From Phoronis australis (taxonomy: Eukaryota > Animalia > Phoronida): a stretch of 64,000 bases of DNA. This document shows, one piece after another, positions 1 through 18,887 of this stretch; the first letter of the stretch is position 1, and each line of letters opens with the position of its first letter. The stretch is taken from positions 124,001-188,000 of the forward strand of contig NMRA01000209.1 in NCBI GenBank assembly GCA_002633005.1, in the 5' to 3' direction. The notes under the pieces were generated by a model. The model was not told the origin of the DNA and did not search any database. It saw only the letters and a program-made list of their open reading frames with translations. The position numbers and the translations under genes were made by a program.

Positions 1-375
1 TTATTCCTAACATCAATCAACTCAGTCGCCCTTCTTAAAGTATAGCTATTTGCCCATTACTTGCAGCTAGACCACAAATGCTCCTAATATGGTGGCAGGG
101 TGCCCCCGTGTGCTTGTCGTCATAAGCACTGTATCCATAATGAGCGACCAGGAATCATCCTCATAACACTGTTTAAGTCAGAGTCGTTATGGTGGTTTTA
201 CCCAACACTCAGAAGCTAAAAATGTCAATTAGAAGAGGTGGAAGCTAATCATTGGTCTAGACTTTCGCTCAAGTTAGCTTGCTCAGCATGTCGCATAGCT
301 AGCTTGCACAGCCACTGCAGGTGCAGTCTCAAGTTGGATGGACTCTGCACACACTGGTGTAGCTAGATCAAGCAA

Positions 376-574
376 ACACAGAGCTATGTCACACAGAGCT
401 ATGTCACACAGAGCTATGCCACACAGAGCTATGTCACACAGAGCTATGTCACACAGAGCTATGTCACACAGAGCTATGTCACACAGAGCTATGTCACACA
501 GAGCTATGTCACACAGAGCTATGTCACACAGAGCTATGTCACACAGAGCTATGTCACACAGAGCTATGTCACAC
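376..574. repeat. 15-bp minisatellite (ACACAGAGCTATGTC)x13 in SQLE intron
   Basis: Directly visible, near-perfect tandem copies; it explains the CDIAL/SHRAM ORFs. Confidence 0.97.
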
Positions 575-922
575 ACCACTTTACTCGCTCTAGTTCACTG
601 TCCTGAACTTGTCATTGGTTTCGTGAGATAGGTTGCATATTCATTTTTAAAGTGCTCAAGTCAATGGTAAAAATTGGACACATTCTCCATTGTTGGGTAA
701 CCATAAACGAATACACAGTGCAATATGTCATCAAACAAAGAATTGGGAGAATTGCGACTTTGGTCACAAAAAAGCCGATTCAGTCATATGCAAGCACGTT
801 GGGCAATGTGAAATTTCAAGTAAGTTATGATGAACAAACAATTATGAAAGATAAATATATGCCAAATCAGACATCACTTCGGATCCCAAAATACCAAGTA
901 CAGTGGGATTTTAGTTCGATTA

Positions 923-8903
<7,981 letters not shown>

Positions 8904-9214
8904 CGCTGCAATTTACTGCAAGTTCAATATAACAAACCACTGATAATGGTAAGCGACTAGGCAACTAGTCGGCTTATGCCAGCCGCACCGCAAAACTGGT
9001 AACGTGAAGTCCTCACAACATTGTCTGAAAACCACTGCCACGAACCACACACAGGTGATTTAGCTTGGAGGCAAGTTTTGAAAGACACACAAACACAAGA
9101 AAAGTGTCTCTTTTCACTTGCTTGTAATTAAGAAACAACAATTATGAGTTCCACCCGTTAACTGGGCCGCAGCTCCTCACGAAACGCTCTGCGAGCACTC
9201 ACGTACGCGGAACT

Positions 9215-9325
9215 TACACAATCGGCACACTGTCGGCTGATTGACGGTTTTCACCAATCAGGTGCAAGATAATTATTGTCTGCGGTCTCACTGGTTGCCT
9301 GCATGTCCACTAGGGGGTACTCTGT
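9215..9325 (-). promoter_or_regulatory. Probable SQLE promoter / 5'-UTR region
   Basis: CpG-enriched stretch upstream of the ATG, with a CCAAT box (CCAATCA ~9254), a possible 5'-UTR donor (GTAAGT on minus, ~9212-9217) and a CTCF-like CCACTAGGGGG at ~9307. Confidence 0.35.
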
Positions 9326-11025
9326 CCCTAAGAGGCACAGAGTTCTTACTGGGCTGCTGCCGTGATTTCGCAAAATAGAGAAAATTCGTCAAGCGAAGCT
9401 TTTGCTTAGCACATATTAACTCACTGGAGTTTTGGCAAGTCGTTACAAATGCAAAACTATATTTTTCCACAGATGCCAACCTATAGCAAGAGATAAAAAA
9501 GACAACCGGTGCTCTTTGTGTCACTTGAAAAAATCATTGTTTAGATCCTTTCATCTTAAGTATCCCATTTCAGACGGTACCCTCTCTCGGTGGCGGGGCG
9601 ACTCATGCGAATTATCTCTTTGTCCCTCCATGGCGAAGTCCGAGTCGAATTGGTTACTAAAGTGCTCCAAAATACCTTTTGCCTTAAGTTGTCAGGGCTA
9701 GTGGTCGGTCGAATCGGCGTTTAGTCCGATCATGTCGCCTTTCAGCCCTAGTCCGACTCCCCAGCATTGCAACTTGAACTAGCGCTACTGACACGGAAAC
9801 TTGATTACGGCGTTTTCCCGTTGCTCAAAACTTGTTCGTTTCTATAGCCCAACTGAACAAGCTCGATCTGAGAGTTTACCCGCCGGTCCTGTAGCCAATA
9901 TCAGTTACACGACTGATTAACTCCATCTGGCGGTTGGAGGGCCAGCTCTCTTTGTTCGGTAATTGCTCTAATCTCCAATATATAAGACCATATCCGGCCT
10001 GACTGGGCTGCCGTGCTGTTAAAAATAAAAGTTAAGTTATAATATATTTGAACTTACTTTAAACCAATAGCATTTCTGAAATCTTCTTCAAATGGTGATC
10101 ATGTTTAGTTTTTGAATTGCCAACTAAAAATCGCCCAACCCGCAGTGCAACCGAAGTCACACGTGGTCTGTAATAAGCCTGGTAGATAAGTGGCCTGATT
10201 GTTCATAACACAAAAGAGTGTGCTTGGCAGTTAAGAAGCTAGATGTTATCACACGCTCAGTTCGAACCCCTACGTCTGGCCACTGAACGGAAAAACGCTG
10301 AATATTTTAAACTGCCTTATTAGTTCGCATGGGCAGCGTCGAAAATAAAAAGGTCCCAAGTTTAAATAGTTGCCACGACTAGGTTGGAGCCGTCTCAGTC
10401 GAAGTCTCGCGTAATGGCACACAAAAAGATCGAGCTTTAGCTGCCACTCTCGTGGAATTTTTTCCGAAGCGTCTCCTGGCGTTACCTAACGGGTTACTGC
10501 CTGCAAATTACAGTGTATGTTCGGACTTAGTTTTAGCCATGTACCGAGGTTAATTAATAAACTCAACATTTCCCTAAGCTCTTCCTGTTTTATTTTTTTG
10601 CGGAAACGGCCAAGGGGGAGGGGCGCCCCCCTAAATCTGCCTATGAGCTGGCAGCGGGCCACAAACAATGCCGCGCCCGGTGTCATGGTCGGACCTCATT
10701 GAAAACCAGATATGGCGGCCGCACCCAAGAAATGGTTGGCCATACCTAAAACGGTCGGGTTGGGCGCAGCTCGATCCGCAATCATCAAACAAATCGCCGC
10801 AGATTTGGAAAAGTAGACACTGGTATCAGTTGTGTGCTTGAACCCTTCGAGACTTTCGATCAAAGCGAGCGGGCTCTCGAGGAAGTCCGGCCCTTTGATC
10901 ACAGGCCATCGTGTCGGGTTTCAGCGTTACCAGTGAGGCCATCGCGTTTTGAAGCCCCCGGACACTTTTGATAACCGGCGATTTGGTTTTGCAGTCCAGC
11001 CCGGCGACCGTCCGGGCAAGTGGTA

Positions 11026-11089
11026 ATCGACCGACAACCTACATCTGCGTGAGGACCGGTCCTCACACAGATGTAGGTTGTCGGTCGAT
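11026..11089. repeat. 64-bp near-perfect palindrome
   Basis: ATCGACCGACAACCTACATCTGCGTGAGGACC|GGTCCTCACACAGATGTAGGTTGTCGGTCGAT; one mismatched pair, no loop. Confidence 0.9.
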
Positions 11090-12512
11090 CCCCAGCGACA
11101 GAACTTTGACTACCGGTACTACGTAAGTCAGTTCAAGATGATCAGAACCCGTTTCCTTAGTAATGCGTAGCCCCGGGCATCATTACCGACGGCAGAAATC
11201 GCCTGACCAGTGGCTACGGTCTGAGTGGCGTACCTACATGTATGAAAGGGGGGCTGGGAAAGCGAACCGCCCCGGGTGACATCCTAAATCATGCCTTCAG
11301 TTGCCGGCAATGACTGGACTAAAAATGACAGAAACAGCTGTACATGTAGTCTTTTCTTAGTTCATCGATGGTCGTCACCCCCGAAATCACCCGTGACTCT
11401 ACCGCGCTGAGGGTCCCAATATGGTGAGATTGCAGCTAACTGTTGGATAAAATTTGTTTCTTTGGCACTGCAAGAAACTGAGAGTCCGACCCATCCTCGA
11501 ACAGAGGCAATTTTTAGCTGAGAACTTCACTGAGACAATGTCACGATATTTAAGAGCATTTGGGTGAAGTAGTCTGACGTGTGCGTATTTTACGTGTTTC
11601 CTCAGGTGACATTCATGGCGAACATGCCAGGAAAAACTCATGAACGAAATTACTCAGCCAAATACATGTATCACGGAATGATGTTTGACAGCGCTCCTGA
11701 CGACTCCCACCTAGTAGACCAAATGTTGAAATCACAATACGCAAAAATTGACGGATGCATGTTACATCATTGTATGGCAGCAACTGGTAGCGTTATTACT
11801 ACATGGTGGGCCAAGGACAATTAGTGTACGTTGAGATTCTCGAATCCCTATAGAAATCCTGTGTGATCCAAATGGTACAAAATTTTTTGGGGCCTTTCTT
11901 CCCATAACCTTAGGCAAATTCACCTCCTTGTGCTACATGCAATGTTGGGGTGGAGTACTTCACGAAGTCAGTGATGCCCAAAAGCTTAACAGTTGACAAT
12001 GTCGCTGACAAAATCGAGTACCTAAAAATGTTCTCCAACAATATTGTTCAAAATGCCACTGAACAGACAAACCACGAAAACCCAAGTGCATAGCATTGCA
12101 GTGGAGTTGAGCGTTCGGATGAAAATGGAAACCGCAGGATGATCAGAGCAGTCGCAAGTTGACGGACCAAAATAAAGGGGAATCTTAGAATGCTTGGGCA
12201 GATTAGCAACTCGGTTGAAACCTAAAGCACTCCAGCAAATCGTCGGTTTGTTAGATCTTAACAACTAATTTGGTCAACTCCACCGAAGATTGCTGGTTTC
12301 GATGGCGAAATATATACATTTGAAATACCAAGATTGAGAAGGTACGACTAGAACGGAAAGGAGAAATACCAAGATTGAGAAGGTACGACTAGAACGGAAA
12401 GGAGAGTGTCAAGAATGAGCTCCGCTGGACGTAAAGTTTATTTGCAAATGGAAATTTCAGGGCTCGAACTTCGTGATAGTCTAAAGTATATATTTGAGAT
12501 CAAAGTGTACAA

Positions 12513-12669
12513 CATGGGCTGATCCAGGATTTTGAGTTAGGGGGGTCCAGGGCACTGAATTAGCCAGGATTTTGTCTGTCATACATTGGCACTCCCGAAC
12601 TGCCCAATGGAATCTAAGAGAATTTTAGGGAAGGCCATGGCCCCCTTGACCCCCCTCTAAATCCGACTG
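12513..12669. mobile_element. Short non-autonomous hAT-like element with 5-bp TSD (TACAA)
   Basis: Degenerate CAGGGGCGGATCC-type termini; flanked by TACAA at 12508-12512 and 12670-12674. Confidence 0.7.
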
Positions 12670-13780
12670 TACAAGGGCCCCAAACACAACTATAAGACCT
12701 GGCAATATTTTCAGTTGAAAGCGAGTTGGCCCGTGACCTAGCGGATTTTAACGATGTCATTGGCAATTCGCGTTTGAGAAAGATAGTGTGAAAAGCACGC
12801 CTGGCCTACCATCACGAACTCTGAGTGGCACGTGTAATTTGGATACCGGAGTTTTCTGCATAAAGGCCCATCTTTAAACACGCCTACAGTGGGCGTACAT
12901 CAGGAAAATTTGCGTCCAATGCGTTTATATCTGAAAGAATGCAGGGTTGAAAATTTCGTTCCCCAGTTTCAGAAATGGACACCAAACCGCGACTGAAATT
13001 ATAAACTTTTTATTCGTGGGAACAATGAGGCTATTCGGAAAATCTGCAATAACTAGAGGGCGTGTGCGTCAGCAAGTATTGAATATTCCCAATCACACAT
13101 CATAGTGAGAAAAATGTCACAGGATTTTCCAGTCCCGGCCAACACGCCGGCAACAGAAGTTGATTGATATCACCGAGCGTAAATTTGGCACTTCCATTGT
13201 TATACATGTACGACTGGATGTTTATTTGGATTTGACTTTTGGCCCTTAAATTAATTTTCTACACCCTGAACCTCTATGAAGCAAACTCTGATATAGAACG
13301 TTGGCTTTATTTATGTTTATGTGCATGGTACGTTCCTGGTGTCTTGGTCCCAAGGCTTACTTAATTATTCTGTTTCAGTGGTTTATTGTCATATGCATTT
13401 ATATCCAGGTGTACATGCAGTACTTCCCGTCTAAACCTCTGCATTTTGTGTTTCACACCTGAGACCTGAGCAGGTGACTTGGTTTGGTTAGGGGGTGACA
13501 CCAAGAATCTTTGTCACGGATGTCACCCACGCTAGTTACGCCACTGCTAGTGGCGACAAATCGGGTAACGTACATCGGAGAGAGCCCTGAGAGATTTGCG
13601 AATAGTCAGCACACGTGGTGGCGTCATTTCCTCAATTGCAACCGTGACAGCTGGTTGAGTCTATGTGGCACGCCTAGCATCGAATCAATGATGTAGATCG
13701 AATACTGACTTTGGACTCACTTTCTAGTTCCGACTTTCAAAATGCAAAAAGTTATCCTGTGCCACCTAGACCTACTGTAC

Positions 13781-14233
13781 GGGCCGCGGAAAGGACAAAG
13801 AATAGTTATTAGAAAAATCAAATCTAATTCGTAAAAGGCTGTTTTGGAAGATCAATCCTAATTCGTAAAAATCAATCGTGTTTGGAAAATCAATGATAAC
13901 TCATAAAAACCCTACCCGTTTGGAAAAGCAAACCTGTCAATCGGATGGAAACGGGACCTAACAAAGTGTGCAGAAAGGGTAAATTCCTTTCCGCGGCCCA
14001 TAGATTTTAGTGTTAACTAACTAATTTTGCCCTTTCCGCCCGTTTCATGGCTAGTTCCCGTTTCCACCGACAGGTTCATGTGGTGAGACAGGTTTGATAT
14101 TTACGACAGGTTTGATTTTCAAACATTGATTTTTAGGAATAAGGTTTGATTTTCACCGGCGAATTAGGTTAGGTTTTTACGAGTTATAGGTTTGATTTTT
14201 GTATTAATTACTTTTTACCCTTTCCGCGGGCCC
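13781..14233. mobile_element. MITE with GGGCCGCGGAAAGG termini (PIF/Harbinger-like)
   Basis: GGGCCGCGGAAAGG ... CCTTTCCGCGGGCCC; internal inverted subrepeats (AAAAATCAAATCTAATTCGTAAAA vs TTTTACGAGTTATAGGTTTGATTTTT); an extra terminus copy at ~13986-14000. Confidence 0.65.
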
Positions 14234-14704
14234 TAACCACGTGCATTTTTGCAAATTTTGCAAATATGTAGTAGTTTTTTTATTACAATGGACAGTTTTT
14301 GCTGACAATCGGCGGCGGATATGATTGCGGGTGATGAAGAACTCGAACTTACTGCCGTGAATAATACGCTTACACGAAAGTCACGCATTTCTAAAGATTG
14401 CATGACTTTTCGCCGCTCGTCCTTCTGGGCTTACTTGCTCAAAGCTTCAAAAGTTATCCGCTGGATAAGTTTGATTGTTACATGCATTGTTGAACAATAA
14501 TAACGTGACGCGTGATTATGGAAAGTCATTGTTGATATATGGCGTATAACGTTTATGCAACTGGGCCGTGAACGGCTTTTACCAGGATCAAAGAGAGAGC
14601 GACGCCAGAATCGGACTCAGTTGCGATGACCGCATTGTCGGGTGCGAGCATGACCCAATTAAGTGTAATTACCCTACCATAAACTGTAGTAAACATCTCT
14701 GCCT

Positions 14705-16971
14705 GTACATACTGGCGAATTTTCATTAAAAACAGATACCACAGCGGTATTCAGATGGAGAAAACAACCAAGTTTGGTTTTCTATTTTTAAAAATCGATG
14801 AACTATTCAGGGGCGGATCCAGGATTTTGAGTTGGAGGGGGGGGGTGCAGAGAAAAGTATTAGNCTTAAATCCGCCAGTGCTGTTAAGCTAAAAACTACG
14901 AACATTGAGTACGATTGAAGATAAACGACTGTGCGTTGATATACCCGGTGGATTTGCAAACGCTGATCAGAGTTAACAATATCACGTGGATTATTCTACT
15001 AAGCTACATTGAAACATCTATAAACAAACCACTGTGACTAAATTAGATGTCAAAAACTTTTAAAACATCGCTTATGGCCCAGGGCATGTCGAACTAAGTT
15101 TACTCTAGGAATATAGTACACTATTTGGAAAACTGATATTCGCGGAAATGCGCCAATTTCGATAGTTAGCTTGTAGTTGTAATGGAAGGCGTGTGAAGAC
15201 AAGGAGATGGCTAGCTTTGTACTCAACGAGAGAGTGCAAGTTTGGTCGGTGCTGTGATTTCATTTTTGATGACTGAGGAAAAGCTAGAAAAGTCAGGTTA
15301 CTGCAACCAAAATTGTCCAGAGGTTCCAAATCCTCAGTTCAGTGTACATAATGGCGAATTTTCAAAATGCATTAACCAATAATTTTCGCTTAAAAACGAA
15401 CACCACGACAGTATTTAGCTGCAAAATACATTTACAAACAAGTAAGGTTTTCGACTTTTAAAAATCGATGAATTAATAAGCAAAAAACTACAAACATTGG
15501 GTAAGATAGGCGACCGTGCGTATTCACTCGGTGGATTTACAAACGTTGATCAGAGTTAACAATATTACGTGGATTATTCTTTTAATATTCTTTTAATATT
15601 CTTTCAATCTCCTTTAACCAGGTTTTTGACCAGGAAACAGTTGTATGTAACTTGACTTAGCCCACTCTATTATTTTTATGACTGACAAAAAGCTAGTTAC
15701 ATAGTTAGTGCAACCGAAATTGTTCAGAGATGCCAAATCTTCAGTTTGGCTATCTCCATTTGCACTTTTGTATATATTTTATTATTTGAGTTCTAATAAA
15801 GATTAAACTTGAACTAATGACACGTGTACTTTTGTTCGCTGTGAAATGTTGAGTGTAGCTGCATTCTGGAAAGTTCAGGGATGGATTCACAATTAACTAA
15901 ACTAATTAAGTTTGGCTGGCGATCAAAATCCACCACTGTTTTGGTACTTCAAGTTTAAAACTAAAATAAAAAGAAATCAACCCGTTACCGCTAAGAAAAA
16001 AAGTAGACAGGAGTATCAAACAGGAAATAAAAGTACGAAAACCGGTATGAAACATATTTAAAACCATCGTTCCTTTGGCAGTAGCCCATGGTCAATATAA
16101 GCACAAATTAACTTCTTAGTCACTTTGTAACATTTAAAATGCACCAAGTTAAAACTACTCTTCACAGCTGCAGGCTGTAACTTTGTGCAAATGCCAGATA
16201 AAACCAATTTTTGAGACAGTAGTGCTAGCTATTACCTTTCCATTTCATTGAGCTGCAGATCTACATCAATACAGAGGGCGTGCTGGATAGGCATCATAAA
16301 AGTTGTTTGGGGCTAAGGGAATCTGAGCGGCGTCCAGTGTAAGCGAAAAATTCTCCACATGTATCACCATATTTGCACTTTTGTTATTTTATGATTTGAG
16401 TTCCAATAAAGGTTGAACATGAACTAATAACACGTTTAGTTTTGTTTGCTGTGACCTGTTTGGTGTAGCTGCAATCTGGAAAATTCAGGGACATGGGTTC
16501 ACAATCAGCTGACGTCTAAGTTGCTTTGATACTTCGTTTAAATACAGACTAAAAAAATAGCAACCTCAACCCGTAAGAAAAAAAAACAAGTTGACAGGAG
16601 TATTAAAAATAAAGCAATGGAAACAGGTAAGAAACGCATTTAAAACCAACGTTCCTTTTGTCAAGATCAACGCAAATTAACTTTTTAGTCATTTTGTAAT
16701 ACTTAAAATGTAGGTATCGAGTTAAAGCTGCTCTCCACATTGGGCCTATTTCAGGCCTTAACTCTGCGGTGCAAATGCCAGAGAACCAATTTGGGTGTAA
16801 TAACAACCACCATTGTTAAGAAAGTAGTAATAGCTATTACCTTTCCACTTCATTAGCTCAGTTCTACATCAATACATAAAGGGCGGCGTGCTAAATAGGC
16901 ATCATAAAAGTTGTCTTGGGCTTTAGGAATCTGGAGCCTTGACCATTATAAGCGAGAAATTCTCCACATGA
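14705..16971. repeat. Two adjacent diverged tandem duplications (A 14705-15340, A' 15344-15746; B 15758-16361, B' 16371-16971)
   Basis: Shared anchors in A/A': GTACATA.TGGCGAATTTTC ... CCAAATC.TCAGTT. Shared anchors in B/B': ATTTGCACTTTT ... AAATTCTCCACATG. Confidence 0.8.
14808..14880. mobile_element. Short hAT-like insertion (CAGGGGCGGATCC ... ATCCGCCAGTG), 5-bp TSD
   Basis: Flanked by CTATT/CTGTT; the paralogous copy A' (~15465-15485) shows the empty site. Confidence 0.7.
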
Positions 16972-16973
16972 TA

Positions 16974-17739
16974 CATAGGCGTATTTAGGGGGGGGGGGGG
17001 GGGCNNNNNNNNNNNNNNNNNNNNNNNNNNNNNNNNNNNNNNNNNNNNNNNNNNNNNNNNNNNNNNNNNNNNNNNNNNNNNNNNNNNNNNNNNNNNNNNN
17101 NNNNNNNNNNNNNNNNNNNNNNNNNNNNNNNNNNNNNNNNNNNNNNNNNNNNNNNNNNNNNNNNNNNNNNNNNNNNNNNNNNNNNNNNNNNNNNNNNNNN
17201 NNNNNNNNNNNNNNNNNNNNNNNNNNNNNNNNNNNNNNNNNNNNNNNNNNNNNNNNNNNNNNNNNNNNNNNNNNNNNNNNNNNNNNNNNNNNNNNNNNNN
17301 NNNNNNNNNNNNNNNNNNNNNNNNNNNNNNNNNNNNNNNNNNNNNNNNNNNNNNNNNNNNNNNNNNNNNNNNNNNNNNNNNNNNNNNNNNNNNNNNNNNN
17401 NNNNNNNNNNNNNNNNNNNNNNNNNNNNNNNNNNNNNNNNNNNNNNNNNNNNNNNNNNNNNNNNNNNNNNNNNNNNNNNNNNNNNNNNNNNNNNNNNNNN
17501 NNNNNNNNNNNNNNNNNNNNNNNNNNNNNNNNNNNNNNNNNNNNNNNNNNNNNNNNNNNNNNNNNNNNNNNNNNNNNNNNNNNNNNNNNNNNNNNNNNNN
17601 NNNNNNNNNNNNNNNNNNNNNNNNNNNNNNNNNNNNTTCGGTGCTATGCGCATCTACAATCGTGGTTCAGTTTGCACAAATGCTTACAGCCGGACAAAAT
17701 GTTGGCCCCCCCCCTTGTGATATCCTAGATCCGCCACTG
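16974..17739. mobile_element. hAT-like non-autonomous element spanning an assembly gap, 5-bp TSD (TGATA)
   Basis: CATAGGCGTATTTAGGGG ... CCTAGATCCGCCACTG; TGATA at 16969-16973 and 17740-17744; the interior is mostly N. Confidence 0.65.
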
Positions 17740-18887
17740 TGATATAAGTGTGAATGGCGCCCGACTTCCTGAATGATAATCCAGTGGCTAAGTCGCACAA
17801 CTAATAAGTCGGGCACACAATAAAGTTATGAAAAAATAAAGTAGCATGTCTTTTCCCTGACACCTTATTATGGAAGATACTGACAGCATCCTACCGTGCG
17901 TGTTTAGTGCCGGTGTGTGTCTGCCAGTCTGCCGCGGCCCCCGCCGATCGCCGGGAGAGGACTTGAAGTTTTGTTGTCCCAGTTGGATAATGGGAATAGT
18001 GACAATGATTATAATGAAAGTGGTGTGGGTGAATTTAGTGAAGAAGCAATGGAAATCAATTCGTAAATATTTTGATTTAGATACGAAGCCTTTAAGTTCC
18101 ACTAATGGTTTTTTTTTTTGACTCAAAGCTCAGACTATAGTGAGTTTTTTAGCCAACAGGAGGCGTTACCAAAATGTTATTACTATTTTTCATTTTTTTC
18201 TTTTTTAACACCTTCTCCAACTAATTTTACAATATTTATCACTCTGTGTGTCAACCTATTTAAACGAACAACATTAAACACAAATTATCGTCGAGTTTTT
18301 GCTCACTTGCTGGATTTTAATGAATGATTTTCCTGGTGTTCGCTGTTTTGCAATAGGTCAAATTTTTAGTTCAAATTTCTTGAAAATGTGCTTGCAGTCG
18401 AACCTGGGGAACTTTTAATTCTTAAAGTATAGTACTTAATGAAACTAAAAACGACATTACAATGCCCCAAAATTAACTTCGTAAGTGATTTTCTAAGCTT
18501 CTTAGACTATCTTTGGTTCCGCGGTTACAACTTCTACAACTTCCGGTCGCAATGGAGCCTAGAGAGAAAACGCTGACGTTTGAGAACCCAAGTTCGGGCA
18601 GCTCTTTCGGGTCTGATAGGTACGTTGTGTGTGTTTAATGTAGCGTTTACAAGAACGGCTTAATTTTCTTTATTAAGCATGGTCATTTTAGCATGAAATA
18701 ATGCGCCATGGCAAAAAAACCGCTCGGCACGCTTTTCACTCATAACAATGCCAATGTTGTTTTTGGCTATGCTTCAAGCAAGAAGTGTAGTAGTATAGGA
18801 GAGTTCACTTGTGCGTTCGCTGTTACCGCTACTACAAGCGCCACCAAGTGGTGACTAAGCAACTGTCAACCAGGAAGCGCCAAAACA

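Noticed and set aside
283-631. ORFs with (CDIAL)n / (SHRAM)n repeats
   Set aside because: Translations of a stop-free 15-bp intronic minisatellite; no splice or domain evidence.
11222-13547. Possible composite element bounded by (C/G)AGTGGCGTA.CTA termini
   Set aside because: Termini match at 12/14 but there is no TSD, and the interior is a mosaic of other repeats, so pairing of the ends cannot be supported.
16985-17653. Long ORFs made of X (also 24260-25054 and 24273-24983)
   Set aside because: Artifacts of N-gaps.
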